This document shows positions 25,053 through 38,961 of a DNA stretch of 64,000 bases, piece after piece. Every line of letters begins with the position of its first letter. The stretch's first letter is position 1. Origin of the DNA: Raja brachyura. Taxonomy: Eukaryota. A program made the position numbers and the translations under genes. The stretch lies in NCBI GenBank assembly GCA_963514005.1, contig OY740814.1, positions 11,160,001-11,224,000 on the forward strand, in the 5' to 3' direction. Below the pieces are notes generated by a model. It saw only the letters and a program-made list of their open reading frames with translations, made no database searches and was not told the DNA's origin.

Positions 25053-25894
25053 GCAAACTCAAAGGCAGCAGGAGATATCCCTGTCACCATCAGACTGGCA
25101 CAGAGTCCTTCTTCCTCCACCAACGCAATCAAAGAAACTAACTATTGGATAGTTTGAAAGTGATGTTAATGTGGGGATAGTAATGGTGCTGTTTTAACAC
25201 CATTCATTCCATCTCCGAAAGGGGGCTTCCGAGTAAAATGTCTTGGTATTAGATTAGTGACTATGCCGAGGGTCATTAATATGATGGTTAATTCCTCCTT
25301 CGGTCAAACTCAGTGAACATACTGTAAGTGACTGTGATTGATTTTGTATATTTAGTTTGTGGCTAACAATTCTTCACTCACTGTATTTTCCAGCTTTTTG
25401 AGGAGAGGTTGCAATCATTTCTGTTTCCTACACTCTTTAAATTGCATGCGTTCAAACTAAATTGACTTAATTAATTGTGGAATAAACTGTTTGCTCTAAC
25501 TCGTATAATCTTACGGCCTGCATCAACTTCACCTCATTGGCCCATGTGGCATATCCAAATAATACTTTTTTAGCATTGCCCATTGGAGGAAGTAGTCTTA
25601 GCCCAGTCTCTTTGTGTCAGTAGTGTGACCATAATGGATATAAAACTACACTTTAAAACTTAGAATAAGTTTAAAATATTAAACTATTTCACAGACCCAT
25701 CTTAGATTTAATAAGTTAAAACATTTGTGTCATAGTTTGTTATTTTCACCTAGAAATCTCACGGATAAATGTTAAAAGCTATTGACATGGGGTGTTTAAA
25801 TAATGAGAGAACAGTGAATCAGTAGTGACAATGGTGGACTGCAGCTTCTCCATCAAAACCAGATCCACCTAACGTGTGCAGTCCATCTGCAATA

Positions 25895-26040
25895 ACACAA
25901 ATTGCTGGAGGAAATTGGCGGGGTAGGCTGAATCTGTGGAAGGAAAGGACATTACCTCCAGAGATGCTGCCTGACTCTCTGAGTTCCTCCAGTCACTTTG
26001 TGTTTTGCTCAGGATTCCAGCATGTGCAGTTCTTTGTGTC
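25895..26040. mobile_element. Penelope-like fold-back repeat (old)
   Basis: CCAGAGATGCTGCCTGACTCTCTGAGTTCCTCCAG and inverted arm. Confidence 0.5.
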
Positions 26041-26336
26041 TGCAATATTAAAAATCTGTCTCCACTTACGGTCATAATACCTCAAGTAACATATATATTT
26101 GAACGTAAAGGATTTTGACTGGAAGGGAAAAGTTATATATTAGATAAACAAGTAAAAACAGCTAGTGAATGTTGTTGATGGTAAGAACATTTTGTCAACT
26201 GTAAAATTGGATGTCAACCAATTTGAAAATCAGAAATCAATAGGGCAAACTCTCAGCTCAAATGGATTCCTTCACAGTGCTTTCTTCAAATAGACATCTT
26301 TCTATCACAGGAAGTATGGCAGGTTATGATCTAGGG

Positions 26337-26681
26337 CAGGGGTGGGGAACCTGCAGACTTTAATTGCGGCCTTTTGAATGAATCCAGATTTTGTAGAACA
26401 AATCCTTTTATTTTTATTAGTATGTTTTTGTTCGTCTTTTGTTATTTTTATTTTAATCTTAAAATGAACGCATTTAAAATCCCAAAGAGTAAAAGAAGAT
26501 TCAACAAAATAATCCTCCCCGAGTGTCGGCCACAATTAAAACATTAGCAAGTCATTTGGTCTATTTTAACAAAATAATGTACATTTTGAAGTATATCTAA
26601 TTGAAGTTTCTGGGATGCGGCCTTATTAGATTACAGCTAACTTAATGCGACATTCCAACATGAATAGGTTCCCCACTGCTG
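26337..26681. mobile_element. hAT (Charlie-type) non-autonomous DNA transposon/MITE
   Basis: TIRs CAGGGGTGGGGAACCT / AGGTTCCCCACTGCTG; 8-bp TSD ATCTAGGG (26329-26336) / GTCTAGGG (26682-26689); subterminal TGCGGCC motifs. Confidence 0.88.
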
Positions 26682-27181
26682 GTCTAGGGTAATGGGATTA
26701 ACAGGTAGTTTACATTTGGAAGTGCATTAACAGGGATTGTAGAAGGCACTGATATTGTAACTATTCCTATACAGGTCAGGTGGGGCTCATGCTTTTGATT
26801 TGTTTCCTCTTTTTGCACCGTTTAGTCTAAGTTATTAATCTGATTGCAAAATATAGTCTACATTATGCAAAATGCATTTGATGTCCTGCTATTCATTCAC
26901 TTCAGTCATGCTTCCATTTAATCTTACTTGATTTGAAATAATATTCATTCTGAGAATGCATCTTGCTTATCTGACCAAAAGGCAGTCTGCAGAAGAATCT
27001 GAGGATGGGGGAGAGAAAATTGGTTTTATTGCGATTTATCGATTTATCGTTGCAGCTCAATTTCCAAGTTGTTTATTTCCTCTCTATGGTCCCGTCATAC
27101 ATCTCTTCTTAGTTTAAAGGTTGTGTGTGCAACTAATTCCTGATGTTTTTTTCTTCATTAATACATAGTTACCCGTAAAAA

Positions 27182-27350
27182 TGGCACAAAGTGCTGGAGT
27201 AGCTCTAGTAGCTTCTCTGGAGAGCATGGATAGGCGATGTTTCCGGTTCAGGACCTTATCGATGTTTTCCAAAGGGGCAGCCTGACCCGCTGAGTTACTG
27301 CAGCACTTGGTGTCTTTTTTTGTATACCAACATCTGCAGTTATTTGTGTC
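27182..27350. mobile_element. Penelope-like fold-back repeat
   Basis: CACAAAGTGCTGGAGTAGCTC...CCTGACCCGCTGAGTTACTGCAGCAC...CATCTGCAGTT. Confidence 0.55.
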
Positions 27351-28759
27351 TGCCTATGACAAAACTGGGCTGGAGCTCATCCATTTGAATTGCATAACAT
27401 TATTTAGTAATATAAGGTAAAATCACAAATTTGCAAAAGTAATTGCACCCCCCTTTTTCCTGTGAGATTTCATTCATTTGAGAACATTTACTCTATTTGA
27501 TTTCTCCAAGCATCCATGTATCTGCACCTCATCAGAAGATAACAGATACCAATGGTGAGCCGTTTCTGCGGTTGACCTCAGTAGGAGCCAATTTCCTGCA
27601 GTGAACATTGTTTTGCTCCATGGACACATCAATGAAGTTCCTTGCCTATGAACACATTAAAATCGATCAGGGGTATTAAAGTAATGATTTTGAAATTCGA
27701 TCCTTGCATGACCTTTTCGGTGATAAAAGAAAGTACGATGCAAGATGCAAAACTGCATTTAATTAGCCTTGTGACCGTGGCTTTATTGCAGCCACTATAA
27801 CATGGAGATTCTCCTATTTCAGTAGGAATTCCAGTTTGGTATCTGTTCAGGATCCTCATAATATGGTGTGTATATAGTTTCATGGCACATATGTTCTAAA
27901 CTAATGATTGTATTTGGAGTCAAGCATAGAAGGATTATTATTATATCGCAAATGTTAATAACAATTGATAAATGGCCGTAGTATAACTGTTTGGAATTTC
28001 TATTATTAAATCTGTGCAACATTTATATTGTAAAACGGAATGCATCTCAAACTACACTTGCGTTCCCCAGGCCCATATCTCTTCCATTACGATGATAATT
28101 GTCAGCTCTGAATGTTCCAAAGAACCGGAAATGAAGTTCTTAAGTTGGAACAGGATATGAAATTTCCTGCATTGTCTTAGGCACAGGTGCCCAGCGTGCA
28201 TGAGGCTATGGAATATTTACAAAACTGTGTCATTCCATGAGTTGGAAGACACTAAGAGCCAAACAGCTGCTAATGCTTCAAAAATAGTTGAGTATTTGAT
28301 GTCTGCCTCTCTGAGCATGGGAGTCGAGAACTCTCAAAGCAGGAAGCCACATATGAGAAAGGAATTATTTTTTTATGGAATGAAGTTGCAACCAGCTACT
28401 AAATCAATTAAAATGCAAGAAATTCCCATTCATTCAATCCTCCGTTCACCTAAAGTTATTCCTCATGTGGGAAACCATTATTTGGGATGTGAAAACTTTT
28501 CCGGTACCAAAACATGTGTGAGGCTGAAAATGCAAAAACATCCGTGAGAAATGCTGTGGCTAATTCTCCAGCTATCGTGCTGCATAGTAAATCAATTTAA
28601 ACTTTACTGAATATTGGGAGAAAAAAAAGAGTTGAGCAACTCTATTTAAAATAAATATTGATCCATCCTCAGCCATCGCAGGATGTACAGGACGTTCTTT
28701 GGGTTCTTAAATATAGTAAATGTTCTCAAATGAATGAAAACACTTAGATCTCTCTATTG

Positions 28760-28940
28760 CATAGGGAGGAACTGCAGATGCTGGTTTAAACCGAAGACAG
28801 ATACTGGAGTAAATCAGTGGGTCAGGCAGCATCTCTGGAGAAAAGGAATGGGTGATGTTCCAGGCCTGAAAAAGGGTTTCGACCTGAAATGTCACCTATT
28901 CCTTTTCTCCAGCGATGAGTTACTCCAGCTTTTTGTGTCT
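28760..28940. mobile_element. Penelope-like fold-back repeat with flanking direct repeat
   Basis: GGAACTGCAGATGCTGG start; GATCTCTCTATT present on both sides (~28747 and ~28948). Confidence 0.62.
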
Positions 28941-29983
28941 TGTCTTGGATCTCTCTATTCTATGTTTCAGAATTAAACTTGTGAATGGATTATAATACCA
29001 ATGTAAGGACACAAGTACATGGACCAAAGTTTTATACAGACTGGACTGTTTCCACAGTTGAGTTCATTTGATACTGAATTTCTTGATGAAAACAGATTAC
29101 ATTTAATAACCAAGAAGAATTTTAAAATACTACTTAAAATACTACTCATTATTCTAAATCATGCCACTATCATTTAACAGTTGAATTTGCTGCACTATTT
29201 TCCTTCCAGTACACAGTGCAGTTTAGTTTATGGAATCACAAAGAACTGCAAATTCTTGCATAGAAACCAAATTACTGGAGTATTTCAGCTGGTCAGGTAG
29301 CATCTCTGAAGAATATGGATAGACAACGTTTTGAGTCAGGATCCTTCTTCAGATTTTGGGGGGGTGGGGGGAGGGGGGGGATGCTGTGAAAGAGGACACA
29401 AAGTTGGGGACATCCTTACCTTCTGGAGTAACACAAAAAGAATGGAATAATTGTGATGACCTTAAATGTAAGACATATTACAGAATGTGCTTTTATATCA
29501 TGAAATAAATAATATTGGCATAAACAACACATTGTTGTAATTTTTCAGAGGTATTTTCGGTTTTGTGTGTTGCAATTCCAGTTTGCTCAAATTCACCATG
29601 CATTTTCCTGGATGCAGGTTTTCTGCTGTGAAATGCTTTCTCATTTGTATGTAAGTTGTACAAGAGAGGAAATGCCTATACCTTAACCCAAAATTATCAT
29701 TCTTGCGTTCAAACCTCTCCATTGCCTCATCACTGTTACTTTGTCCAATCCTCAACGACACATTCTTCAGTTCTGGCCTGTTTCACATCATGGATTGCCT
29801 TCAGCTATGTCGACACTAAGCTCTGCTTATTCCTGCCTAAATAGTTCTACTTTCTCCTTTTTACAAGATGGTCCCAAAATAAAATCTCTTTAACCAGACT
29901 TTCGCTTATCTGAGCTCACACCTCCCAACGTGGATCAGTATCAAAATGTTCTAAAAAATTCTTGTGACATTACTTTTGACATA

Positions 29984-30298
29984 GGGGTGGCACGGTGGCA
30001 CACCTGTAGAGATGTTATCTTACAGTGCCAGAGACCGGTTAGATCATGACTACAAGTGCTGCCTTTGCGGAGTTTGTATGTTCTCCCCGTGTCCACGTGG
30101 GTTTTCTCCGGGTATTCAGGTTACCCAACCACACTAGAAAGATGTACAGGTTTGTAGGTTAATTGTGGCTTTGGCAAAAAATTGAAATTATCCTTACTGT
30201 GTAGGATAGTGCTAGTGTAAGAGGATTGGTGGTCGACGCAGACTTGGTAGACCAAAGGGTCTGTTTTGGTGCTACATCCCTAAACTAAACTAAAAAAC
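29984..30298 (+). mobile_element. V-SINE
   Basis: GGGGTGGCACGGTGGC head, V-domain, (CTAAA)n tail. Confidence 0.85.
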
Positions 30299-30904
30299 TA
30301 ATTTTGATAATGATCTCTGTCTATTTAATTTTACATTTTAAAACTGTCATAAAAGTATAAGTAAATCTCTCAAGTTTGCCCTTAAAATTTTAGGCCCCAT
30401 GTATTTATGCAAACTTGTTGGGCTCAGTGAGATCTGTCAATAAAGCCACTACTGTAAAACAATCACAGAGTGTGTACAGTCCGGAGCATCCAATCCACAG
30501 AAGAAAATTGATTGATTCCCACAGTAGACGTATTGGCAATGCAAACATGAAAGAGAGAGCCAAATGATTTATTTTATTGAATGAGTTAGAAGAACCTTAT
30601 AGATGACCAGTAAAGGTGGTAATGCGATTTAATAAAGCCTTAAACATTCCAAACTAAGTTTTAAGATTTCTTTCCGGAGGAATACAATCCATGTCAAGAA
30701 GTTAAGCTCAACTTAGCGAGAGAAAAATTTGTTTCCAAATGCATTTCTGGTCTCATAATTCAAAAAGCATATGGAAGCACCAAAGAAAGGGCAAACAAGG
30801 AGGAGTCCAGAATTGTTAGGGCATAATTAGCTGGGAGGTTTATTAGGTTGAAGCAATTTTGTCTAAAAAAGAGAATTCTGAAGCCTTTAAAATTAAGGAG
30901 CGGT

Positions 30905-31152
30905 TCAATTTCTTCACACAGAGAGTGGTGGGTCTCTGGAACTCTCTGCCACAGAGGGTAGCTGAGGCCAGTTCATTGGCTATATTTAAGGGAGTTAGAT
31001 GTGGCCCTTGTGGCTAAGGGGATCAGAGGGTATGGAGAGAAGGCAGGTACGGGATACTGAGTTGGATGATCAGCCATGATCATATTGAATGGCGGTGCAG
31101 ACTCGAAGGGCCGCATGGCCTACTCCTGCACCTAATTTCTATGTTTCTATGT
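30905..31152 (+). mobile_element. CR1 LINE 3' end (young), within an older CR1 remnant
   Basis: TTCTTCACACAGAGAGTGGTG...CCTACTCCTGCACC...(CTATGTTT)n. Confidence 0.85.
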
Positions 31153-31899
31153 AATAGGGTCGACATAAAGATGTTTCATTCATGTGAGCGTCTGAAACAA
31201 CTAAATATAAATTAGCATCTCATAAGAAACTCTAGAGTGATAAAATAAGCTATTCTCTGTCAGAAATATCTGAAACAAATAACAAAGGTTCATGTAAGGG
31301 AAAGGTAAAAATATAGAGGAATATGTTGAATATGGTGGCATAACTCAATTGGGCCAATAGACTGTTTCTGTGCTGTTAAATTCTATGTAATTACATGTAC
31401 GTAATTAAAGGAAAGGCATTGACTACTGGATGTCTGGGCTAAAAACAGGAATATGCAACAGCATTATCAGTGGAGCCCTTCATTACTGGAGCAGTGAAAT
31501 TAGAGACTGCAATTGCTGTGGACAATGTTGTAGTAATGCATCTTTAACAAATTCAACTATCCGCTAGATAATTGGAGGCATCAATATGTTTATTTTAAAT
31601 CATTCAAAACCAGCATTAAAATTGCAATAAAAAGTATTTGATCCAAATCATTAAGTATCTAGAGTTATTGCTCATAGTAATTACCCAAGTTGCATCCATG
31701 ATGACTATTTATAAAAATGATGTAGAGATTAAAACCTGATATAAAATACCGTAACATCATTTTCACACAAAAATGCATTCATAAAAAAAGTCACATAACT
31801 ACAAAGGTTCTAAACCTTTTTTCATTCCATTGTACGGATAGCCTTTCATTCTGGTTTTCAATACAAGCAATTCAAGATAGCAGGCGATTCAAGATAGCA

Positions 31900-32482
31900 G
31901 GATGATCAGCCATGATCATATTAAATGGCGGTGCAGGCTCAAAGGGCCGAATGGCCTACTCCTGCACCTAATTTCTATGTTTCTATGTTTCTATGATACC
32001 AAGTCAAATTAATTGTTCAAACACAAAATATCCTTGAGGAACCATTAAGGTTCCCTTCTCTGCTGATGAATTAAGTCATAAGTGATAGGAGTAGAATTAG
32101 GCCATTCAGACCATCAAGTCAACTCCGCCATTCAATCATGGCTGATCAATCTCTCCCTCCTAACCCCATTCTCCTGCCTTCTCCCCATAACCTCTGACAC
32201 TGATACTAATCAAAAATGTATCTATCTCTGCCTTTAAAATATCTACTGACTTGGCCTCCACACCCTTCTGTGGCAAATAATTCCACAGATTCACCTGTGA
32301 CTAAAGAAATCTTCTCATCTCCTTCCTAAATGAACATCCTTTAATTCTGAAGCAATGACCTCTTGTCCTAGACTCTCTGTCTGGAGTGGAAACAACCTCT
32401 CCACATCCACTCCATCCAAGCCTTTAATTATTCTGTACATTCAATGAGGTCCCCCTCATTCTTCTAAACTCCAGCGAGTAGA
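31900..32482. mobile_element. Two CR1 3' fragments tail-to-tail (+ 31900-31995, - 32075-32482)
   Basis: GATGATCAGCCATGATC...(CTATGTTT)n and reverse copy TAGGAGTAGAATTAGGCCATTC...CCCCTCATTCTTCTAAACTCCAG. Confidence 0.8.
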
Positions 32483-34667
32483 GAATGATACAGGCAGGTA
32501 CTGAGAGGAAATCTCTCATCTACATTACCCCACTCAAGGAGTACATACCTTGAGACTTAAACAATGGGAATGGTAGATGCGTTAGTTAGTGGTTTGGGTG
32601 GTGGAGGCAGGGACAGAGATGAACTAACGATGTTCAAACAGTTTTATTTTTGAAAACCAAAGAGAAACCAATGATCCTGCACAACAGACTTTAGAATGCG
32701 TGATTCCTTCAACACTCAATTCAGTCAGCACTCCTGCCTCAGTTGCTCTTCCTTTACACCCTTCCCACTCTTTCCCAACTCCACTCCAAGATTTAAGGGC
32801 ATGTAGATATCTATTCTTAACACTCCAAAAAGAGAAATTAAAAACATTGTATTTTTATCATGGTTGAGCACATCTTCCATTTGTCAAGTTATTAATATTA
32901 ATTTTGGACCAACGTTTTTATGTTAGTTTCTCGTAACATACATGCACTGACCAGAGATGAAGGAGATGTTTCTTTGGTTTGCCTTCAACAAGTTTTAACT
33001 CCAGCCTCAATTACTTGGATTTATCTGGCCCAATATCTTTAATATTAACAACCACTTCTATGGTTCATATTATAGATGAATCATTGAGTTGAAACATTGA
33101 ATCATTGAATGTGGCTTTCCTGGATGAAATGCCATTCTGGTGTTGACTTTGGTGAATGGTTTCAATTTTATATATATCAGGAAGTGGACTGAGTATGTCA
33201 GCTAAACTTACACATAAGCATTGCAGCGAGCGTCATAGAAGGTTAGCACCCATTTAACTAGGCTAAGTCTAAAGGTTAGATCTTACAGATAATAAGGAAC
33301 AGCTCTAGCTCATTTCAGCTTTAGGATCATTAAGAACTTCTGCATCATTTTAATGCATCCAATAATTCTGAAATGTAAACGTTTTGCCAAACAAGATTAA
33401 ATATTGTTTGCATTTGAAATATAATCTAGACACATCCCATAGTCCCCAAGCATTGTCTCACAAGATAGCACAAACCTTTAAAACTGATTGTGATTAGAAA
33501 CCAATTTTGACACTCCTATGCAGTAACATTAGCAAAGCGGGACCTTGAATTGTGGAGGGAAGGTGGGACAGTAATAAACCTATCATTTAATTGGTTAAAT
33601 TATGTCATCAAATATGAGAGCAAAGCTTAATGTCTAGTGACATTTTCTGAAACCAAAGTAAAATTATGGTTCCTAATTGCTCTATGCAAACCATAATCTT
33701 AAAGCATAGCATGCCTGTAATGTATTTAAAAGACTTCTGATCTTATGTAAAAGTAGAGCTGAAATTACATTGATACAAAATTGAGAAGCTATTTTGACAT
33801 TTTAGCATATCATGTCATTTAATTCACAGAGGCGTAATAAAGTCTTAAAATATATACGTATAACCTGTGCAATAAACATCCAAAGCCACGTGTTATGAAG
33901 TCACACGCTCGACCCAATCATGAGGGATATTTACTGACTTCCACTGTGGACTATGGTGAACTATATTTTTATTTCTATTAAATGAGTAGAAGTATATTTA
34001 TATAGCAACTGAAACTCAAAAATTGTCAGGTTCCATATATCTGAAATAATAACAGGAAATTCTGGAAAACACTCAGCAGTTTAGGTAGCATCTGTGGAAA
34101 GAGAAACAGTTAATGTTTTAAATCAAAGACTCAGTCTCTCCTTCAGCAGATGCTGACTGGCATTTTCTGTATTTGTTGAAACTGCTTGTGAAATATTTTT
34201 GTTTTCATTATTATGCCATGAGTTCATTCTTGCTGGTATATCCCCATTTCCTCTGGAACAGCTCAAACACATTAGACGTTGAGATGGTTCAACCATCTGT
34301 GAGAACTGAGGTTGCATGGACTGCAAATGGCACCTTAAACCAGAGATAGATTATTTCTGTGAAACTTTCATTTTCATGTAGGTTTATCACTTCACATCTT
34401 AGTCTCACAGGTGTGTCACATCAGATGGTTGTATCCAGCTCATCTACCTGATATGAACAATAGTAACACTAGCCATTTCACTGCCCATTAGAGAGGATTA
34501 CAACTGAATGTGAATAATGGTATAGATTAAAATGGATGAGAATATAGTTGCCCAATAAACCTCTTCTGCCTCATTTTGCTATTGAGCGTCAAGTTCGGTC
34601 ACCATTCATCCTTGTTTCTGTTGATTTATATCGTTCTGGTCCTCTAACACTACACATTGATCAAGCT

Positions 34668-34995
34668 TCAATGGATAGATCAGGTAAACTGAGTCTTTTG
34701 CCCAGAGTAGGCGAATCGAGAACCAGAGGACATAGGTTAAAGGTGGGGAGGGAGGGGGGGGAAGATTAAACCTATGAGGGGTAACTTCTTTATACAAAAG
34801 ATGGTGGGTGAATGGAACTACTGTTGGAGGAGGTGGTTGAGGCAGGGACTATCGCAACAATTAAGAAGCATTTAGATAGGTGCATGGTTAAGATATGGGC
34901 CAAACGCAAGTAGGTGGGACTAGTGGAAATGGGGCATGTTGGTCAGCGTTGGCAAGTTCGGCTGAAGGTCCTGTTTCCATGCTGTATGACTCCAT
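34668..34995 (+). mobile_element. CR1 LINE 3' fragment
   Basis: LLPRVGESRTRGHRLKV ORF2 C-terminus and 3' UTR. Confidence 0.8.
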
Positions 34996-35149
34996 AACTC
35001 TTTGAGATTTAGAATGTGGATCAGCCACGGTCTACTTGAGTAGAAGAATGGGCTTGCAGCCACTATGTTCTTGGTCATCTGTTGCTGCCCCTGATTTGTT
35101 CCAGCCTTTTCCAATCTCCAGATTCGGCACAACGAGTCCACGAGTCCAT

Positions 35150-35310
35150 AGACTAGACCTACATACCTGCACGTCTTTGGGATGTGAGAGGAAACCGGAG
35201 CCCATGGGGTCACAGGGAGAATGTGCAAACTCAGCACTGACCCAAGGGCAGCATTGTACTTGGATTTCTGGTGCAATGAGACAGCAGGTCCACTGGCTGT
35301 GCCACCGTGA
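35150..35310 (-). mobile_element. V-SINE (partial)
   Basis: CCTGCACGTCTTTGGGATGTGAGAGGAAACCGGAG...CACAGGGAGAATGTGCAAACTC. Confidence 0.72.
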
Positions 35311-36169
35311 CACCCAGATACTGGGGTCGATTTCCCTATGCAGGCTCCGTAAGTCAGTGAGTAGCTCTATATATGTACAGTGGAGAAAAGAAAGTTGCTG
35401 GCTATCAAAATACTCTGAAATGCATCGAAACATTCAACAATTAGTCAACAATGAACCGGGAATGAGACTTTATTCATTTCAAATCATCTTCTATCTTTCT
35501 TCACTCTTGTGGTCCTGGGCTCATGCATTGATAGTTCCACCTAACTTGCTACAGGTGTAACCCCAGAGAGTGAATGTCAACAGGTTAGTTGAGAAGGGAA
35601 CATGGTGCCCAGCATTTGTAGCCAAGCTTTCCCTAAATGTTCAAGCCCATTCACTGTCCATCGCCAACATTGAGCTGGATTTGGAGCAAGATTTAAAGGG
35701 TTGGTTTGGGGACTTGGGGCTACACAGACGCAGTTTGGAACAAGGTTAATTCAACAAAGAATCCTGAACTTATTTTAATCTCTGGCCTTTGTTCAACCAT
35801 TTGCCAATCACCCCTCCATCACCCATATCACTTAGCACTGGCCAGGCTGTGTCCTGCCCTACCTGCTTTCTCCTCAGTCTGAAATGGTCCAACTCCAAAA
35901 CGTTCTCCAGAGATGATGCCTAACCTTCCTATTTACTCCAGCGCTAGGTGTCTTCTTTGGCAAACCAGCATCTGCCGTTCCTTGTGCTATAGAATGTATT
36001 TGGTTAATTTGGTTCAATTAAGCATTAACAAATATTCTTTGGAGAGAAAGAACCCTTGCGACCGAGGCAAGGATGCACTGTACCGGAGATGCATTTGGAT
36101 TTTAAAAGGTGTAGCCGGTTTCACTAGGGTAACGAGTGATGGAAAGGTTGATGAATCTCATTGAGAGCC

Positions 36170-36300
36170 ATAGATCGTAGAGTCATACTGCGTGGAAACA
36201 GGCCCTTCGGCCCAACTTGCTGACGCCGACCAACATGTGCCATCTACACTTGTAAAACCTACCTGCGTTTGGCCCATATCCATCTAAACCTGTCATAAAC
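36170..36300 (-). mobile_element. CR1 LINE 3' end
   Basis: GAGTCATACTGCGTGGAAACAGGCCCTTCGGCCCAAC. Confidence 0.72.
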
Positions 36301-36384
36301 ACGTACCATTTCTGGGCAATGAGTAACATAATTCCCCGCCATCACACCGTGTAAAAGTGGGTGAGGGGAGAATTTTAAAAAAAC

Positions 36385-36550
36385 TGCGGGACAGGCAGCG
36401 TCTCTGGAGAGAAGGAATGGTCAGAGGGAGGGTCTCGACCCGAAACGTCACCCAAACATTGTCTCCGGAGATGCTGCCTGTCCCGCTGAGTTACTTCACC
36501 ATTTTGTGTGTATCTTCGGTGTAAACCAGCATCTGCAGTTCCTTCCTGCA
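36385..36550. mobile_element. Penelope-like fold-back repeat
   Basis: GGGTCTCGACCCGAAACGTCACC core and CAGTTCCTTCC terminus; a further half copy at 36886-36975. Confidence 0.62.
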
Positions 36551-38219
36551 CAATAAAAATAACAGCGCTGGGAATGCCAAGCAATAACTGATGCATTCTT
36601 CAGTACAAATGTCATGGATACTGGGACGTGATAGCTCCAGATTACAAATAAACATGTTGAAGCAGAGAAATACAAAACGACACAGCTCTCTCGCCTTCTT
36701 CTCACACTCGGGACTATTCATTTTAATCAGACGGATCCTCAATAAAGACCTACATGACCATTGGAATATCTACTGGTAATTCGGTCAATATTTAGAGTAA
36801 AGCAGAAGGTGTCATTTTAACTACGACACTGTCGATTCTTTCCTATTTCCAAAGTCGTATTTCCTATAACAGTCAAATCATCAAAGACAGACACAAAATG
36901 CTGGAATAACTCAGCGGGACAGGCAGCATCTCTGGAGAGAAGGAATGGGCGACGTTTCGGGTCACGACCCTTCTTAAATCACCAAATTTAGTATTGGCCG
37001 GCGGGTGGACACTCAATGTTGAATAAAGGTTGAATGTTAAATGCGCCGAAATACATATATCAGGAGTGGTAAAACCCATTTAGTATTAAGCAGTTCTTAT
37101 TTTCAGTCTCAATCTTCGATGAAAACAAGAGAATTTCTTCACAACCCAATGGAAGGGTTGATTAAAGGAATCTTCAGAGGGGATCTGATTGAGACATCTT
37201 CGATTGAGACATGGAAACATGTCTGGGAAGGGTGGCTTTTGATTATCACTAAAGGATCTGTTTTTTTTTTGTCTTAAAGTGTTTGAGAAAAGTGATTCCA
37301 ATCCTCAAATAATCTTCAAATTACATCCTCAAATGTCACTCAATGGCCAACTGTAAACTGAAACATCGCCTGGAAAGTCATTCTCCCACTTCAAAAGCCA
37401 CTTATCCGGATTGTTTTTTTTTAATGGAATGTAGTCCCATTTAGCGATGGCGGGGATGGAAGGGTTGGTGATTATCGGGGTTTATAGAGGACGCGGCGGG
37501 TCCGTTCTGCGACCCCGCTTTTGCTATCTGCCGGGGCTGGGATTTGCATTCCGGGTCAGCTCCAACATCCCAGCCGCCGGTGAAGCACCACTTGTTGAAG
37601 GCGGGGGAGAGTGGGGTTGGGAAAGGTCGGCGTGTCGATGACGGACGGAATGCAGGAGTCGCGGCTGCTTGCAACGTCGGAGCTCTGCGGCCGCGGTACC
37701 CGCTGATACTAAATACCCCCACCCTTCAGCGGTGAGTTATGGCGATCTGTGACTCGCCTTGTAAAACTGCCAGGGCTCCGAGTGCCAGCTGCAACGATTC
37801 ATTCATGAGGCAGTTCCAGAGAGCTGCGCTCCTTTATTCTATATCTCCTTGGAAGCAGCTAATCCCAATTTCACCGACAGATTTAAATTTACGTACCTGA
37901 CTTCAATAAATCAGTATTCTATTATATAAATATTTAGCGACTGTTATACATCCATCCGTAGGCATAAGCGAGTATTATAAATACTGTTCTCCTTGAGACT
38001 TAAACAGAGTATAAATGGGAGATCCTAATGACTGCGATAAGCTATAAAAAGTAAAACAAAAGTGTACACGGTATCACTTTACTGCATTCCTCGCTGCCTG
38101 TCTGTGTACAATGGCCTAGTCTTCGGGTTTTTATTTAAAAGTTGGCCAATACCTAACCGTGCACCTTGGCTGCTTCTAATACCGACCAAGGATACTAGAG
38201 CAGGAAGAGCATTGCATGT

Positions 38220-38397
38220 CGAAGGTAGACAAAAGTGCTGGAGAAACTCAGCGGGTGCAGCAGCATCTATGGAGCGAAGGAAATAGGCAACGTTTCGGGA
38301 CGAAACCCGTAAGGGTTTCGGCCCGAAACGTTGCCTATTTCCTTCAGGGTTATTTTCTACTTTCGATGTTCCTGCATCTGCAGTTCCCTCTTAAACA
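38220..38397. mobile_element. Penelope-like fold-back repeat, subfamily B
   Basis: GAAGGAAATAGGCAACGTTTCGGGACGAAACCCGTAAGGGTTTCGGCCCGAAACGTTGCCTATTTCCTTC hairpin; related copies at 49065-49188, 58680-58965 and 59205-59340. Confidence 0.62.
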
Positions 38398-38780
38398 CAA
38401 GAGCGGGACCTCCATGCTCAGGAAAGGGTGGCTTTTGATTATCACTAAAGGATCTGTCTTTTTTTTTTGTATTAAAGCGTTTGAGAAACGCGATTCCAAT
38501 CCTCAAATAATCTTCACGGGCGATCAAATGCTCATTGGAGGTCTGGGTAAAGGTTTGGGCAAAAAATGTTGAGTTTCTCCCATCGAGAGGGGACGGTGCG
38601 CAGTTAAAGAGAAGGCCCCGCTCAATGAGGCGTGGATGGGTGGGTTTAATTCCGGGGTCCGGTTCCAAGCGGGTAAAGACACACCATTTCAAAGTGCACC
38701 GGGCTGAATTTGTAAAGATTCGCTGGCGGTGGTTCGAGAGAGTATCTTGTAGCTGGGATCGACACAAAAACCTGGGGTCA

Positions 38781-38961
38781 AGGGCCTGTCCCACTTGGAC
38801 GTAATTTGCGCGTCATTTACGCGTCACGACGCGCGCATGGTGTGTGGCGATTTTGGCAGTGACACGAGGTCGCGCGCGATGCCCCGGGATTTTTGTGATG
38901 TACAAAATCTTTGCGCGCTATCTGCGTGACGCGCAAATTACACCCAAGTGGGACAGGCCCT
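38781..38961. mobile_element. PIF/Harbinger-like MITE nested in a Penelope-like repeat (host ~38760-39103)
   Basis: TIR AGGGCCTGTCCCACTTGG / CCAAGTGGGACAGGCCCT; flanks TCA and TAA; splits the host consensus GCTGGAG-TAA-CTCAGCGGG at TAA. Confidence 0.82.
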
